A program made the position numbers and the translations under genes. A stretch of DNA of 64,000 nt, from contig JBHGNT010000005.1 in assembly GCA_043228905.1 (NCBI GenBank), positions 12,090,001 through 12,154,000 of the forward strand, given 5' to 3'. Source of the DNA: Azolla caroliniana. Lineage: Eukaryota; Plantae; Polypodiophyta. Shown here one piece after another: positions 1 to 13,290 of this stretch; the first letter of the stretch is position 1, and every line of letters begins with the position of its first letter. The notes under the pieces are model-generated. The model was not told the origin of the DNA and did not search any database. It saw only the letters and a program-made list of their open reading frames with translations.

Positions 1-1228
1 CCACTTTTTCACATTTTAGCACGTACTACCATGACAATAACACCGAGACCAAGTATCCAACCCAGATGCCATCATGATCAACCATGTACATGAAATATAC
101 AATCTGGTGGGAGAATTGTATCCCCATAGGTACATTCAAAAGTTGATGGTTAAAGACTTTGTTGAATTTGCACATTCTCTGATAGCACTGAAAGAGCCAA
201 TAGTATGCAATGGATCCCATGAGAGGTGTGTACAGGTGTACCCTGATACATGAGACCAAGCAAAAGAGGCTGAAATTCGAATGGTGGCACCATGACGAAT
301 TCAGATAATAAGCATAATGTGTATTTCAATTTGTCTAGGGAGTCTTCACACATACACGTCCATATATGTTTATTATGAGAGAATCTGTAAAATGTCCATA
401 TTTTGTCTCAAGTATTTTTTGCCAAGCTTTTTTATGGACCCAAAAAATAGGCCACAATAAAAGGCTAATGCTAACCTTATATTATTAATCTTCCTTAAAT
501 ATCTATGTTTCCATTGAAATCTCTTCACATATCAAAGTTTTGATCATTGTCTCTGAGCAAGCAGCCAACTTTTCAAATGATTTTTCTCATGGTACCAGAG
601 CAGAACGATGAAAATCCATTGGTATCACTGTGTAAACGTAGTTTTCTTTTTCTAGGCAGCAAAAAACCAGAAAGGTGAAAGGGCCTTGAAACCCTGTTTA
701 ACTGAATATTTAGGCAATGATGACATCTAGAACAACCAGTAGGGTGATATTTTAGTTGTTTGATGGTCTTCAGAGTTCCACAGAGTTAAAGAATAGCCAG
801 CTACAGACATTAAGTTAGATGAACATGGCACACGATACAAGACCTGGTACATACACCGTTCACAGTTGTACAGCATTTTGGTTGCGGGACACCTTGGTGA
901 TCTGGGTGGATATAGCATTCGTACCCCTGGTCAATCTTGGTGATATGGCAAAACCTAAACTGTCTATTTGTAACATAGCCTATGATGATTAACTTCATTT
1001 GAAAAGCGTAGATATCAAAACCATAGGGGTTAAGCCACATGCATCTCTTGGCAAGCTTATACATCAATTTTATATCTCAAGAGGATATATATGTATTGGT
1101 TATGGTAGATAACTCGAAATTCATTAAAGAACCATTTACCCAATTACAATAAGTACCAACAACACAAATTTATCTTCAGAGATCTTGATGCTATGAATAC
1201 ATTAAAATATTGGTAGTTTATCTCTCAC

Positions 1229-1446
1229 CTTCACTGCATACTGCAGGACAGATGGCTTGCAACACATCCCTTTCCATGACACATTAGAAAACGTTTTCAC
1301 AAGGCCCTGCACTTGTATTGCTATGCCTGTCGGAGTAACATTCTCATATTTTTCTTTCTTAACCACATCTTCTTCGGCTTTTACATCCTCATCCTTAGCG
1401 TCATCTGAATATATGAGCTGTGCTTTGTCTGATATGTGTTCATTAC
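1229..1446 (-). CDS. ABCA exon 8
   Basis: tag|GT AAT keeps the frame, DEDVKAEE...[12 protein letters not shown]...YAVK, donor AAG|gtgag; the acceptor is the least certain boundary. Confidence 0.82.
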
Positions 1447-4400
1447 CTAAAGCTTCAGAAATGGGAATCATCGCGGAAATTTGTAAGTAACATCTTAGCA
1501 ACATCGACATAATTATTTTTACAAAAAGGATGGAGCACCTTCAATTGTCTCGTTTGATTTACAAGTCCAATATGTTCTTTGTAAAAAGTAAAGCCATGGT
1601 TTTCGAACACCATTCATGTCTGGAAATACGTTATCGATGTAAAGAGCAGATATCAGCCACAAAAAAAATGTTCCTGTCAGCCATCTCAGTATGTTGTCCT
1701 GTAGAAAATGTACATGTACATTTATCCTCAGGAAGCAGTGGTTGTGCTTTGCATTTCTTAAACCTAATTTAAGTCTCAAAATGAACTCAAAAATGTCTAC
1801 GGCAGATCATTCATATTTACCATTGTGAGAACACACTCTGGCTGTGAAAAAGAGCATACATGGCGTTCCGCCCAGCTTATGCCTGGATCTTGTTGATTTG
1901 TTGTCGCACGCCCAAGGTAGAAGAGGCCTATAGCTAGCAGATTTGGTGGAAAAAATGACCATACGATTTGATAAGACTTAGACAGGGTTGGATCATAAGG
2001 GAATCCAAAGTATGTCACAAGCTGCAGTTTCAAAAGGAAGAAAGGATATATACGTACATTATGAACAAAATCTTATATTTGACAGAAAATATGTACACTT
2101 TAGCATATAGCTCTACAGGATTTCAATCAAAAGTTCATCACAGAAACTATAGAAGTTCTCTCTGTAACATGTTTCTCTTTGGCATGGCAGTCGCCCTACT
2201 TTGTTTTGTAATTGTGCATTTCTACCAGTGATTTCTTAGAAAAGATAATTCTTTAAACTTACTACCTGTGTCAGAAAACCAACTATAAACACACAAAAGC
2301 CAACTGTCTTTGCTGATGAAGCTTTAGTGATGAAACCGGACAGCATATATGCATAACCAGTCTACAAACCTCAAAACAGAAAAAAAAAACATTGTCAAGC
2401 ATACAGTCGATCACATGCGACAATGTCATGCGCAGTAATGAATTCAAAGTCTCATTTTATTGTTTGTAAATTTAAACTTGAATTTTGTTACAGATCAACA
2501 CTGTACAATGTTTCTGGAGGTTTTCGTCTGTGAAGAAATGTTTTACGAAAATTTATCTTAGTTAGCTCATACATGTATGTATATGAGAAGATACCCAACA
2601 ATGTATCCATCAAGACTGCTTAAATGTTTTCATCATTGCTTAACTGGAAAACCTAGAAATGGCCTTGTTTGAATTTCAATACAACTTTTCACCCATCAGA
2701 TCAGATAAATAGCATTGCACCTCCCAAAATGTCACTTGATGGTTCGCTATAAAGCCCTATTCTTACACTTTCCATTTGATGGGATTATCATCAAAACTTC
2801 TAAAATAGATATACATCTCTCTCATGCTCAACATGTGTAACAAACAGCTCCAGAACTGAACTCTTCACAGAGTCAATATGCACGCAAAACTACGGATGAA
2901 AAGATTTGCCAATTGTGCCATCAGGATGTAGAAGAGGAGAAGCACTAAATTTGTGATTGTACAGTTTTTAGAGAGGAGGAAATGCTGCTCCCTTTTCACA
3001 CTCTCAGTACAAGGGTTTCACCGTTTCATTTTTGCCTCTTAAGAGGTGTTCATATACCTTTCTTTGTTTCTTTGTTTGTCTTTCACTCCCTTCTATTCTG
3101 TCGTGCCCCATTGCCAATCTCACCTCACAGATTTCTTTCAGAAGAAGAACTCCTTCCATTTCAGCACACTGAATAATGAATATGGCTATACTTGTCAAGC
3201 CATACTCTGTCCATGTTTCAAACATACATTGATGTAATATATGTTCCTTTTAATCTTTGAAGCGAACTATAAGGCTTATTAAGCCTTACGGTTCATAAAA
3301 CTTAATGAATATAATGTAGGTTCGATACACAACTTAGATCAAGCACCTCGGACACTAGTATTAACAAAGGTTGACAAGAACCCAAAAGAGGTAATTTAGT
3401 ACAGAAAGGCTGAAGAGAATGGATTAAGATATTTAAGACAGAAAGAAAGAGAAGGCATGAAGAGCAACACTACGACTTGTCATGTTGCTCCTCCATACTA
3501 AGCAACACAGCATCACTTTCTGCACAAGAGGAGGCAAAGTCAGACCTCTTCATCACTAAGCCTCTAACTCACTCTAGGTTTGGTGTCGAGCTTGGTCTTG
3601 ACCGTATTCTTCTCCTTGTCTATTTCCACCGAGACTCAAACCTACCAATATACACTCAAACACCCAGGGTTAACATTATTTCCATCAATTTCAATCGCAT
3701 TTTGCCATGTAATATATGGCAGATGTCGGACGAGCATGCTAAATCACGCACGTGCATTCCTTTATCAGTTTATGGCACACACACCAAGGAAAATGGAGTA
3801 TTGAGTTAGTCTCAAATACATGACTGACCACCCTGGGGCATAGACGAGCCCTTGAAGCTCTTACCACAAATATATGGATTCCATGTTTAGATCGGATTCC
3901 AAGCATCTTTTATTTAAATCAGATTCCAAGGATCTTTTATTTAGATCGGATTTCAAGAATCTTTTATTCAGATCAGATTCCAAGAATCTTTTATTTATAT
4001 GAGCATACACATTCATTCATTCTCATGATGATGATGCCTCTCAATCACTTCCCTCGCATGTGTATGCAGAACGAGGTAGCCTTGATCTTGGCGGCAGAAG
4101 AAACAGAGGATGCAGTCGATGGCGGATCAATCTGAACTTGTCTGACATGTCCATAGAGTCCTGCCCAGGAGGAAGCTCCCACTCCAAATTGTGGACCAGG
4201 CTTGCCAGAGCCTGCTGCACAATGGCCATGCCCAGCCCCATCCCCGGACGCATCCTTTTCCCTGCCCCGAACGGAAGAAGCTCGAAGTTATGCCCCCTCA
4301 CATTCACCAGGTTCTCGCCTTCCGGTACTGCAAGAAATCTCTCTGGCATGAACACCTTGGGGTACTTCCACACCTCCGAGTCATGGCATATGGCCCAGGT

Positions 4401-7400
4401 ATTCACAAAGAGTGTTCTCCCTTTTGGAATTGATAACCTCCTATATGGCAGGTCTCAGAGGACATATGCAGAAGGAGCAAGGAGGCCATGGGATGATTTC
4501 AAAATGTTTCCTTCAATACAGCTTGGAGGTATGGTAGACGCGGGATGTCCGAGTTGTTGACACATCGTTGGAATCCCACCACCTTATCGAGCTCCGCTTG
4601 AAACTTCGCTAAGACAAGATTTTAACATTTACTGAAGGCCAAAATTGGCGAACTGAAAATGGAATATGAAACAAGCTTGTAATATACGAATCATACCACT
4701 AATTTAGCTAAAATTTCAACAGCACCAGAATCATTTATAAACAAAGAAAAAACTCCTTAAGAGTTTGAACTGATAGATACTTAATTTCCCATCCACGAAG
4801 CCATATAGTTTATGAACAAGATGATAAATTGTTGCCTATGTTGGCCCAAAAACCTAGCATCCCTTTCAACTTTTCTTCATTAACAATTAAATAGAAGAGG
4901 ATATCATAAGATAAAGCCTGGTTCCAAGAGTCTGTGGAGCGAGTAATTAGAGTAAAAAATAGTAATTATAACACTAGTTATTAAATAATGTCAAAAGAAG
5001 AAAAAATAACAATGATAATGCTCGTCATTAAATAAGGTCACAAAGGAAGAACAAAATAATAATGATAATACTAGTTATTAAATAATGTCATAAAAGAAGA
5101 ACAAAGATAATAGTGATAATACTAGTGACTAACTAATTTCACAAAAGAAGAGCAAAAATAATTATGATAATTCGAGCTACTAAATAATAATAGTAGTTAT
5201 AGACACCAGAAAGCATTTCATGTCAAACCACATGATCAAGTTTGAAACCAAAAGGCATGTTTGAGGAACTCGATGGTCTCCCAGATACACCGAGAGGAAC
5301 TTTCAGCACCCTTGAACCGAACGTCATTGAGAACCACTACTGTTATTATATCTTGTTATCATGTCAGGTGAATTTGTCTACATTTTCTCAAGGACGATGA
5401 CATAAATCTCAAAGAATAAGTTATTTTGACTCTTCCAAAATCTTCATTATATTAACATTAGAAGAGAGGTATGCATCAGTTAGAGTAAATAATTTACCAT
5501 GTTAACTTGGAAGAGGAAGAACAAGCACAATAATAGACCAAAGCTGTTGTGTCTGAATATGTAGAAACCAAACATCATTCCAAAGAGGATCAACAAAATA
5601 GATGATATAAAACCGAGGAGAATCTCCCATAAAAGCCAAGATGTCCAATATGCAGAGTCAAACAAACCCATAATAGACATTGCCTGTTTAATTATAAGAT
5701 TTTATAAGTGTCATAATCCTCGAGCACAAACAAGAAATGCATGCAGTAACAAAATTTCTAAAATTTTAATCTAAAAGCTCTTAGTGATCCAGAGATTGGT
5801 CTACCTGCCTAAGCTTCAGTTCCCTTTCTATAACAAGGTCACTCATCTGGATGACAAACCCAAACATAGAAGCAGCAAGTAAGAATGTTGGAGCAATAAA
5901 TCCCACTATAGATAAAACATCTATTGAAGGATGTGAAAATTCTTTGAATGAAACATTCCATCCAATGTTTCCACCTGCAATGTCATGCTTGAGCATAATG
6001 ATTTAAAGTAGGCAAAATCAATAAACACATTCACATATGCATTTTATTTACCATGATTTAAAGAAGATTTTAATAGTTTAAAGCAATGTGGGTAAATGCA
6101 TTTAAAACAAATATGCTAACTGGTTTTATTATAAACATTGAGGCGGTGAAAATCACAAAAGCACCAAGCAGGAGTCCCAAAGAAGAATTATGATTTTCAA
6201 GCAAGGCATCTTGGTATTTGCAAGCTCTGTTGAGCCCTAACCACTTAATAGAATGGAGAATGATATTACACATGAAGATGCACAAGACCTAGTGCAGTTT
6301 ATGAGCATGGATATTTAAGGAATAAAGTTTCAAGCCTTTGAGCCATAACCACTAGAATATTGATAAACATTCATATCCATCTACCAGTTTACCAATATCC
6401 TCTCCAAAATTGCAAGGTTTTGATCCATAACCATTCAGCACAATTGAGAATGGTGTTACACATGAATACATACATGACCTAAGCGCAGTTTATACGATGG
6501 ATATGATATTACACAAGAATAGGCATAGTTCATGACAATGGATATTATATTTAACATGAATACAACATACAATCCAGGTGCAGTTTATGAAAATGATTAC
6601 GAGTGGATAACGGTATTTTAGCAGGGATAAAAGGAAGAGACAAGAATACCAAAGATAATGCCATGTACCTCATGCCAATAGGGCAGATTCTGAAAATACA
6701 TAATCTCAAAAAAAGCATTCATGATGACAAGCTTCATCCACCCCACAAGGGTTCAATGCTTAACTAGAATCCCCTTGGAATATAGTATAACATTAACCAG
6801 GATTCGCTTTGAAATAGAGGAGAAGAATTAGAGGGTCAGGTGTATGATTGGACCATTCTGGAAATCTCAAAATGGAGAGTAGTGTGCCCATTTTCTTCAA
6901 CTAGAATCTCTTGCAGGATATACATAGAGAAGGTAAGAGTTTGCAACTGTCTCTTCAAAAACAAGAACAAGAACACAGAGTTCTTGACTCAAATGCATCT
7001 GGAAACTCAATGGTGAGTTCTAAATTTCTGAATAGTCCTCGAAAGAACTCTAACAACTCAACAACTGTAAACCTGCTACTGATAGAGAACCCTCCAAACG
7101 ATAATTTGAATGTGGTACACTAACATTTTGGTATATCCAGCATGCAGTAGAACCCGATAAGTGGACTATCCTCGAGTCTCAAACTGTATTCATCACACGA
7201 GACTCAAGGACTAGATTTATTACACTAGCACCTTTCTCAAAGCTTGGGGCACAAGCTTATAATAGAGTTCCTCATATCGTCATTCCAGGTGTTGTTGGAT
7301 GTAGGTTTTGCAAAGGGTATTGCAACCTACTTTCAACATTCATGGTGATGACGGTGTCGCGGAATTCCACAAGCACGTGTCGGATCGGGCGGGACCACCG

Positions 7401-10400
7401 GGGTCACGGACGAGGAAGAGATGGATGTCGGGAGGCCGACTCTCTCCGGAACCGGCTAGGCCTGTTGTGGCACCAACCGGGACGATTCCAGATGTGAGCC
7501 GGAAGCAACCGGTTTGAGGAGAGGGAGAGCACACGCACACTCACCAGCTCTTCGCACCCTCTTATATACAAAACGAGGAGCCTCCGGACCAAAAGAGGAG
7601 ACACGCCGTGACACAGAACGGCTCAACGCGCACACACATCACAACACGTGCACCCGTGGGATACAAGACACTAAAGACATCGACGCCGACACAGACACTC
7701 AGAAGCTTTCTTATGTACAGAAACCGGAAAGAAAGAAACACATCCGACACCAAAAGAGACAGAAATGCACAACCCATCATATATATAATTACAAGAGCAA
7801 GATACAACTCCGGCTTCGAGCCGGACTAAGGTAGGTTAGGTTACAACAACAGTCTGCTGCCAAGCCGCCGATCGGGGAGCTCTCGGGCTCGTCGTGCCGA
7901 GCGAGGTCTTGCACAAGAGACAGAGCAGAAGCGAAACCCCTTAGGACATACAAGCTCTTAACCGAACTGAATCCTAAACAAACACGAAGACTCAACCCAC
8001 ACGACGAAGAAGAAGAAGACCTCAAAGAACCCTAACAGAAAACAAGAAAGCAAGAAGAAGAAAGATTACATACCTTGGACCTAATGGTATACCCTCCTAA
8101 CTCAAAATGGGCAACTCTTTTACAAGGGACCCTCCCTTCCTTTTATAGCACAAGGAGGGAGGTGCGTAACAATGTGGGATAAATCCCATATTACATGGGA
8201 TTCTCTGTCCCAACATAAACTCCTATTCGGCGCCATAAAGGCACCCCCATTATCTTACACGGGTATACAAGGGTGAGTGCTCACGCCGCACCCCGCCAAT
8301 ATTCCCATTAGCCCCGGTTTTCTCACTATGGTCGTGAATCTCCATGACAACAGTAAGTTTTGATCCTTTGTCTGCAATATGAAAATATTCTGCTTGACTA
8401 TAGAGTCGAATCATACTACAGGGTTGTTTCCAGACAACATAAACTACAAAGTCCCATGCAGTTTTATGGTCATATTCTGCATAGAGAAGGTTAAAAACCA
8501 GCTGTCTTTCTTTCGAAAACAGTACGAAGATTGGTTTTCAAGTTATCTAACATGAGAAGTAAAAGAATCCTAGTTCTTACCCACATTGAATTTTCCTCAA
8601 AAAAATCTTTTTCCCATCTAGTGGGAGGATTATAATAGCATTGATATTGTTATGTCTAATCATTTGTTGAATGATGAATATAACTGTGAAGTCAGTTTTT
8701 GTTTGTAAGAAAGGATAGTTGCCAAATGTGCAGGATGCTAAGATGAACGAGAATGAAGCGCAATATGAAAGGTTCAAGTATCATAACAATCAAAGAAGGA
8801 ACTTGAAGGGATAAAGTTAGTGGCGTTTTTCAAAGGTGTCAAAAATAGAATAAAGCAAGATTTAGGTAGATAAAAAAGCTCATAACTTTTTCATCCAAAG
8901 TCCAAATTTCGAAAGAAAAGATTCATAAACAAGTTGACAATGAGAGCTTTTCAAAAATATCTTGTATGACAAATTTGGGATTATAGAGGAGAAATAGTGA
9001 TAAAAAAAGCAAGAATAACGCAACCAAAAACCTATAAGTAGGAGGGTATTCTTAGCCATATGAAGGAGGAAAGAAGAATAGAAGGTTAAAAGATGTGAGA
9101 AGAGGCATAGTAGAAGAAAGAAGGAGATGAAGGAAGAACTTTTATGAGTTCGGGTGATTAGATATCAAGTAGTTCTTTGGTTTTGTGGTTATATTTGCAG
9201 TCTATCGAGTTTGTATTGTTTCCATAATAGAATATTGTATCATTCTTTTCTCTTCCTCTTCTTTTCTCTATCTTTTCTCTATCCAGTTTGTATTGCTGGA
9301 CAGGCAGGCTTTCAAAAGGGGCTCACAACTTTGGATCACATATTGACCCTCCGAGCCCTTGTCGAGGAGGGCAAAGACCATAATAAGAGTATTTATTGTT
9401 GCTTTGTGAATTTCCAAAAAGCCTTTTGACATTGGTCCATGTGCTCGGCGTATGCAACGGCTAGAAGCCCTTCGTGTTCCTACAGATATGCAATAGGGAA
9501 TCTATGCACTCTATGAATCTGTTGCAAGAAAGTGTAGTCTTTGAAGGGTTTGTCGGAGGCGGTGGCTAGCACAATCAGAGTGAAGCAAGGATGCCCACTA
9601 TCACCCACTCTCTTCGCTCTCCATATAGATGTGGTATCACATTACATATAGAGATTCGGGGGTTCAGGAGCATGCCTAGCAAGTATAGCTATACAAATAT
9701 TACTATATGCTGATGATATTGTGCTGATTTCTGACTCTCCGGAGGGACTACAAAGACATCGAAATGCCTTAAAACTACTTTGTACGGACAAACGTTTGTC
9801 AATAAACATGGCTAAAACTAAAGTGATGGTGTTTAACACCACTCAAGCATGGGTAATAAGATCAAACCCAGAATTCTTCTTGGGGGAGGAAAAGGTGGAA
9901 TACACACGCTCCTACACATACCTAGGAGTAACCTTTACAGGGCCTAGGTTCTCCTTACGGGAGGCTGTTTGTGCTCGACTTTCTTGTGGATATGCAGCCC
10001 TTGATGCTCTCGAGAGGCAATGTGCACATTTGCAATTCCAAAAGCCATGAACTAATCTGTGGTTATTTGATACACTTGTCACACCAACTCTTCTCTTTGG
10101 AGTAGAGATGTGGGGACCGAGTCTTAACAAGGCAAATCATTGGAAAGATTTAGAGAGACCTTTAGTGTCAATGATTGCCTGCATGATAAGGAGCAAAGCA
10201 TCGGTGCCCCATGATATAATCTGGGCAAAGATGGGGGCAGCACCTATAATCACCAAGGCATTGTTCCGATCAATGACATGTATGCAACATCTTTGGGTGC
10301 TCCCTAAATGAAGGTACCTAAGGTTGGCATTTATGTCGTCAAGACAAGTGGCTAAAAATGGAGACCTTCATTGTTGGTATGCTGAAATGCAGCAATGGTT

Positions 10401-12591
10401 CGAGTCACATGCCATAAGTATAAATGCACTACCCCCGTTCCAATATAGCTTGGTCTCTCCCCATCTAAATATGACCAAAGCGGAAAAGAATAGAGTGATC
10501 TAAACTGATATTATTAACTTGGAAAACACAGAAAACAAAATTACAGAATGTTTCCTGGTAAAAACTAAAATGAGCTATGGGCAATCAGAATCTCGTCCAA
10601 AATCTACAACAGTAATATGGAATATGATACGTTTTGATAGAATAATCAATCACAAATGCCTCCCAAGTAGTAGATTTAATAGCTGTATCATCCATGTTTA
10701 TGGCATTTCATAGGCAGTGAATGTTGTTATGATCTACAGCTTATTTTCATTTCTAAATAGCAAGGGGATAGTCTCTTGGATCTTGATTACTGCTTTGAAA
10801 GTCAGGATAACACAACAAAGAAAAGCAACTGCATTTATGAAATTAGTTTTATTAGAGAGAGAACTTATGGGAATTTAATAGATAAAGATTTCTACCTCCT
10901 ACAAGGAATCTAGAAATCTCCCGCTCTGCTGCTAGCTGTAGAGGAAGCTGAAACTTAAAAACAGGATCTTCATAGTAGCCACGTCTCATCTTACTTGATG
11001 AATTGGTCTGAATACCATATGCAATAATAGATGAACTTCTTTCCTCCATATGTATAGCTCCAGTGCACTTTAATGGGTTTTCTAGAAGCCATTCTTCTGC
11101 ATCAGTTACAGTATTGAAACCCAACACCTACACAATGCACATCCCAAATTTGTCTTCAGATATGAGGTCTCAGCATGGATCAGTGTTAGACGCAAATAGG
11201 AAATATACTCAATACAAATTACAGCTCTACCCCAGCAGATGATACCACAAAATCAACTAATAATTCAGTTTCCAGCAGACTTACATTCTCGCAATATTTT
11301 AGTGGAGTTCAACCAGGAACGAGACTCACACAAATTAAAGAGCCCCTTTTACTTTCCAGAAACGCTACCAAGATGATGGCATAAAAACAAACTAATAATT
11401 TAGCTTCCAACAGATTTGCATGTTGCCATTCTTCTCTTTGCTTGTCTTATAAATAAAATATTGATAACAATATTTTACTCTCTCCAGAGAAACATTTCTC
11501 TTTTTTATTTACCAAAATGCAAACTTTATGCCAATTCTCGTATCGTAACTCAATGAATTGCCTTTCCACTCTCTAGAGCACACTTCACTGATTTGATCAA
11601 TATACACATAATATGTCCATTACTTTCTTGATCCAAATTCGATTAAGCACATTTTTTTCTTTCTAGAATGTAGGGCAACCTTGAATTTTCTATTTATCAA
11701 AATGTACCCTTCATGGCATTCACTTTGTGGATCAAAATATAACCAAGAGCTTGATCCTCTCAGGAGATCTCAAAAATGCACACTTATTTAATGTCTTTCC
11801 CCTTTCTCCTCTCTCTAAAATACAGTTCCGTTTTTTTATAAGAAGTGAGACCCTTATTTTAGTAGTATACAGCATTTTGTTTTTTACCAAAATTTGAAGC
11901 TGTAACCACTGCTTTAACTGAGTGCTACTATAAGTACCTTTATAGAATAGGTTTTATCAAAATTGGGTGAACTTAATACGAATTTATTATACCATTTTGT
12001 TTCATCAAAATTTGACGATGAAATCAGAATTCCCGTTTACCATTTCTTTTACTTATTATAGAAATTCAGATAAATCAACAGGGGTCTATCATAACATTTT
12101 GTTCGATTGAAGTCGAGGAGATAAAATCACTACTTTAAGTAAGTTTTCTTATATTAGTAAGTAGCATTGTCATAATGCAATGAATACACGCAAATAAATG
12201 AATGCATAAAAAATACCTTTGTGGAAGGAATAGGTCGACCTGGATTCTTCAACCTAATGTTTTGAATAATCGAAGCGATGGTAGAACTCGAGTTACTACT
12301 CCATACGAAATCGTAGCAGGGAGGGTGAACAAAGAAACCAGATTCACAAGGAGGAATAGGAGTAACAAGAACAGAAGGAGGATCAGAAAGATCCTTGAAA
12401 GAAGTGGTATTTCTGCGTCTGCTTCTGATAGATCTGTCGACGCCGAATATCAACAAGATGAAGAAGAAGGACGATGTAAGGTGAAGGATGGTGGGAATCC
12501 TTCTGCGTGAAGATAGAAGGAAGTTTTTCCATAACAATGCTTTCGACTGTTGCAGAAACAAGAGCATGCCATCGGGTTTCGAGGTCTCCAT
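1229..12591 (-). CDS. ABCA2: ABC transporter A family member (ABCA2/ABCA9-like), exons 1-8: join(12591-12217, 11127-10896, 5974-5805, 5683-5498, 2361-2266, 2021-1821, 1698-1539, 1446-1229); 3' part with the NBD lies beyond the left edge
   Basis: Translation has the plant ABCA2/9-clade motifs [14 protein letters not shown], [33 protein letters not shown], [19 protein letters not shown], [31 protein letters not shown] and GLVKTF. All seven introns are GT..AG and phases join in frame (0,1,0,0,0,0,1). No Walker A (GPNGAGKT) exon seen in 1-1228. Confidence 0.93.
1539..1698 (-). CDS. ABCA exon 7
   Basis: cag|[17 protein letters not shown]...[10 protein letters not shown]...YWT, donor G|gtgct. Confidence 0.85.
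1821..2021 (-). CDS. ABCA exon 6
   Basis: cag|[12 protein letters not shown]...[10 protein letters not shown]...CVLTM, donor ATG|gtaaa. Confidence 0.92.
2266..2361 (-). CDS. ABCA exon 5 (32 codons, absent from the ORF track)
   Basis: tag|[35 protein letters not shown], donor CAG|gtagt. Confidence 0.9.
2840..2980 (+). mobile_element. Degenerate LINE ORF2 C-terminal zinc knuckle (RTE-X-like) in ABCA intron 4
   Basis: Translates [22 protein letters not shown], the same Cys/His motif as the C-terminus of the LINE at ~57200-57280. Confidence 0.5.
3886..3997. repeat. ~27-bp tandem repeat, ~4 copies
   Basis: Unit tttagatcggattccaagnatctttta; reads AAATAAAA on the minus strand. Confidence 0.85.
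4041..4622 (-). pseudogene. Cytochrome P450 (CYP71-clan-like) C-terminal fragment nested in ABCA intron 4
   Basis: [21 protein letters not shown] (ExxR Arg is a stop), frameshift near 4440, NTWAI, PERF, and heme motif [11 protein letters not shown] with the invariant Cys replaced by Arg. Confidence 0.9.
4973..5200. repeat. AT-rich ~49-bp imperfect tandem repeat, ~5 copies
   Basis: Recurring ctagttattaaataatgtcacaaaagaagaacaaaataat..atgataata. Confidence 0.75.
5498..5683 (-). CDS. ABCA exon 4
   Basis: cag|[22 protein letters not shown]...FLFQVNM, donor ATG|gtaaa. Confidence 0.92.
5805..5974 (-). CDS. ABCA exon 3
   Basis: cag|GT GGA acceptor, [11 protein letters not shown]...ERELKLRQ, donor CAG|gtaga. 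Confidence 0.92.
7355..8349. mobile_element. Solo LTR (Gypsy, TGTCG...TGACA group) in ABCA intron 2
   Basis: TGTCG start, TGACA end, flanks ACGG/ACAG. Both ends and internal blocks (ttttatag, tgtgggataaatcc, ccccggttt(t)ctcactatgg) match 30753-31916. Confidence 0.85.
9290..10520 (+). mobile_element. Truncated RTE-X-like LINE reverse-transcriptase fragment in ABCA intron 2
   Basis: [43 protein letters not shown]; frameshifts and stops; similar to ORF2 at 54980-56890. Confidence 0.88.
10896..11127 (-). CDS. ABCA exon 2
   Basis: tag|GTG acceptor, VLGFNTV...[10 protein letters not shown], donor G|gtaga (phase 1). Confidence 0.9.
12217..12591 (-). CDS. ABCA exon 1 (125 codons)
   Basis: ATG at 12591, METSKPDG...PIPSTK, donor AAG|gtattt. 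Confidence 0.92.
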
Positions 12592-12904
12592 GGATTCTGT
12601 TACGACAGGGAGAGCCCGTTGTATGTGTTTTTGTTTTTGTTTTTTTCCTTTTTTTTCCTTACTTTTTACTTACTATTTGACTATGTATATATATTATTAG
12701 TAGAAACCAGTTAGTTGTGTGTAAGGAAGAAGAGGTGAGAGAGGGCCAAGAGGAGGCTTTCTGTAGTTAGTTAAGTTACTCAGAAGTTGTAAACCTCTCT
12801 CTTGTCTTTGTGAAGTGGAATGATTGCTACATATACATACATGTAACATAATATATACATATGTATGCCCTCCACTCAAATAACACATAAAAAGCATCGA
12901 TGCA

Positions 12905-13290
12905 CCTGAGAGCCAATCATCCCCTTCCCCGCCATCCGAACCATTGCTTTTGTATGACTTACTTTGTTCCACACTCGCTTTGATGTGAGACAATACATGG
13001 GACACGGATTCATCATACTCGTTCACTATGTCCTCGATGAGTTTGGGAGTCAATGTGTCACACTTCGATACAACGCTCTCTTTCTATTTGATTGCATTCA
13101 ATGACGGTTTCCTTACATCTTTGACCAACCCAATCGTCGCACCGATTTCTCTAGCGGGCACATTGTGCACTCTCTGTTGCGACGTTCACAAGTAAAGATC
13201 TTGAACATTCAAAGTAGCTACTCATTTTCACATGTATTACATGAAGACGTTGTATTTTTGTCTCATATGCCATATTTGACCTCGAAAGAT
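12905..13290 (+). mobile_element. 5'-truncated 3' end of the RTE-X LINE family, ~310 bp upstream of the ABCA start codon
   Basis: Aligns by eye to 57100-57500, including the terminal gtctcata..gccatatttgacctc..aagatg.taata.aatcta motif. Confidence 0.75.

Noticed and set aside
1-1228. Further ABCA exons or small genes
   Set aside because: No Walker A exon seen; treated as intron 8. The 810-1070 stretch may be a very decayed Copia RT, but support is too weak.
8800-9290. Possible solo LTR or MITE before the intronic LINE fragment
   Set aside because: Repeat-like motifs are present, but no clear termini or TSD.
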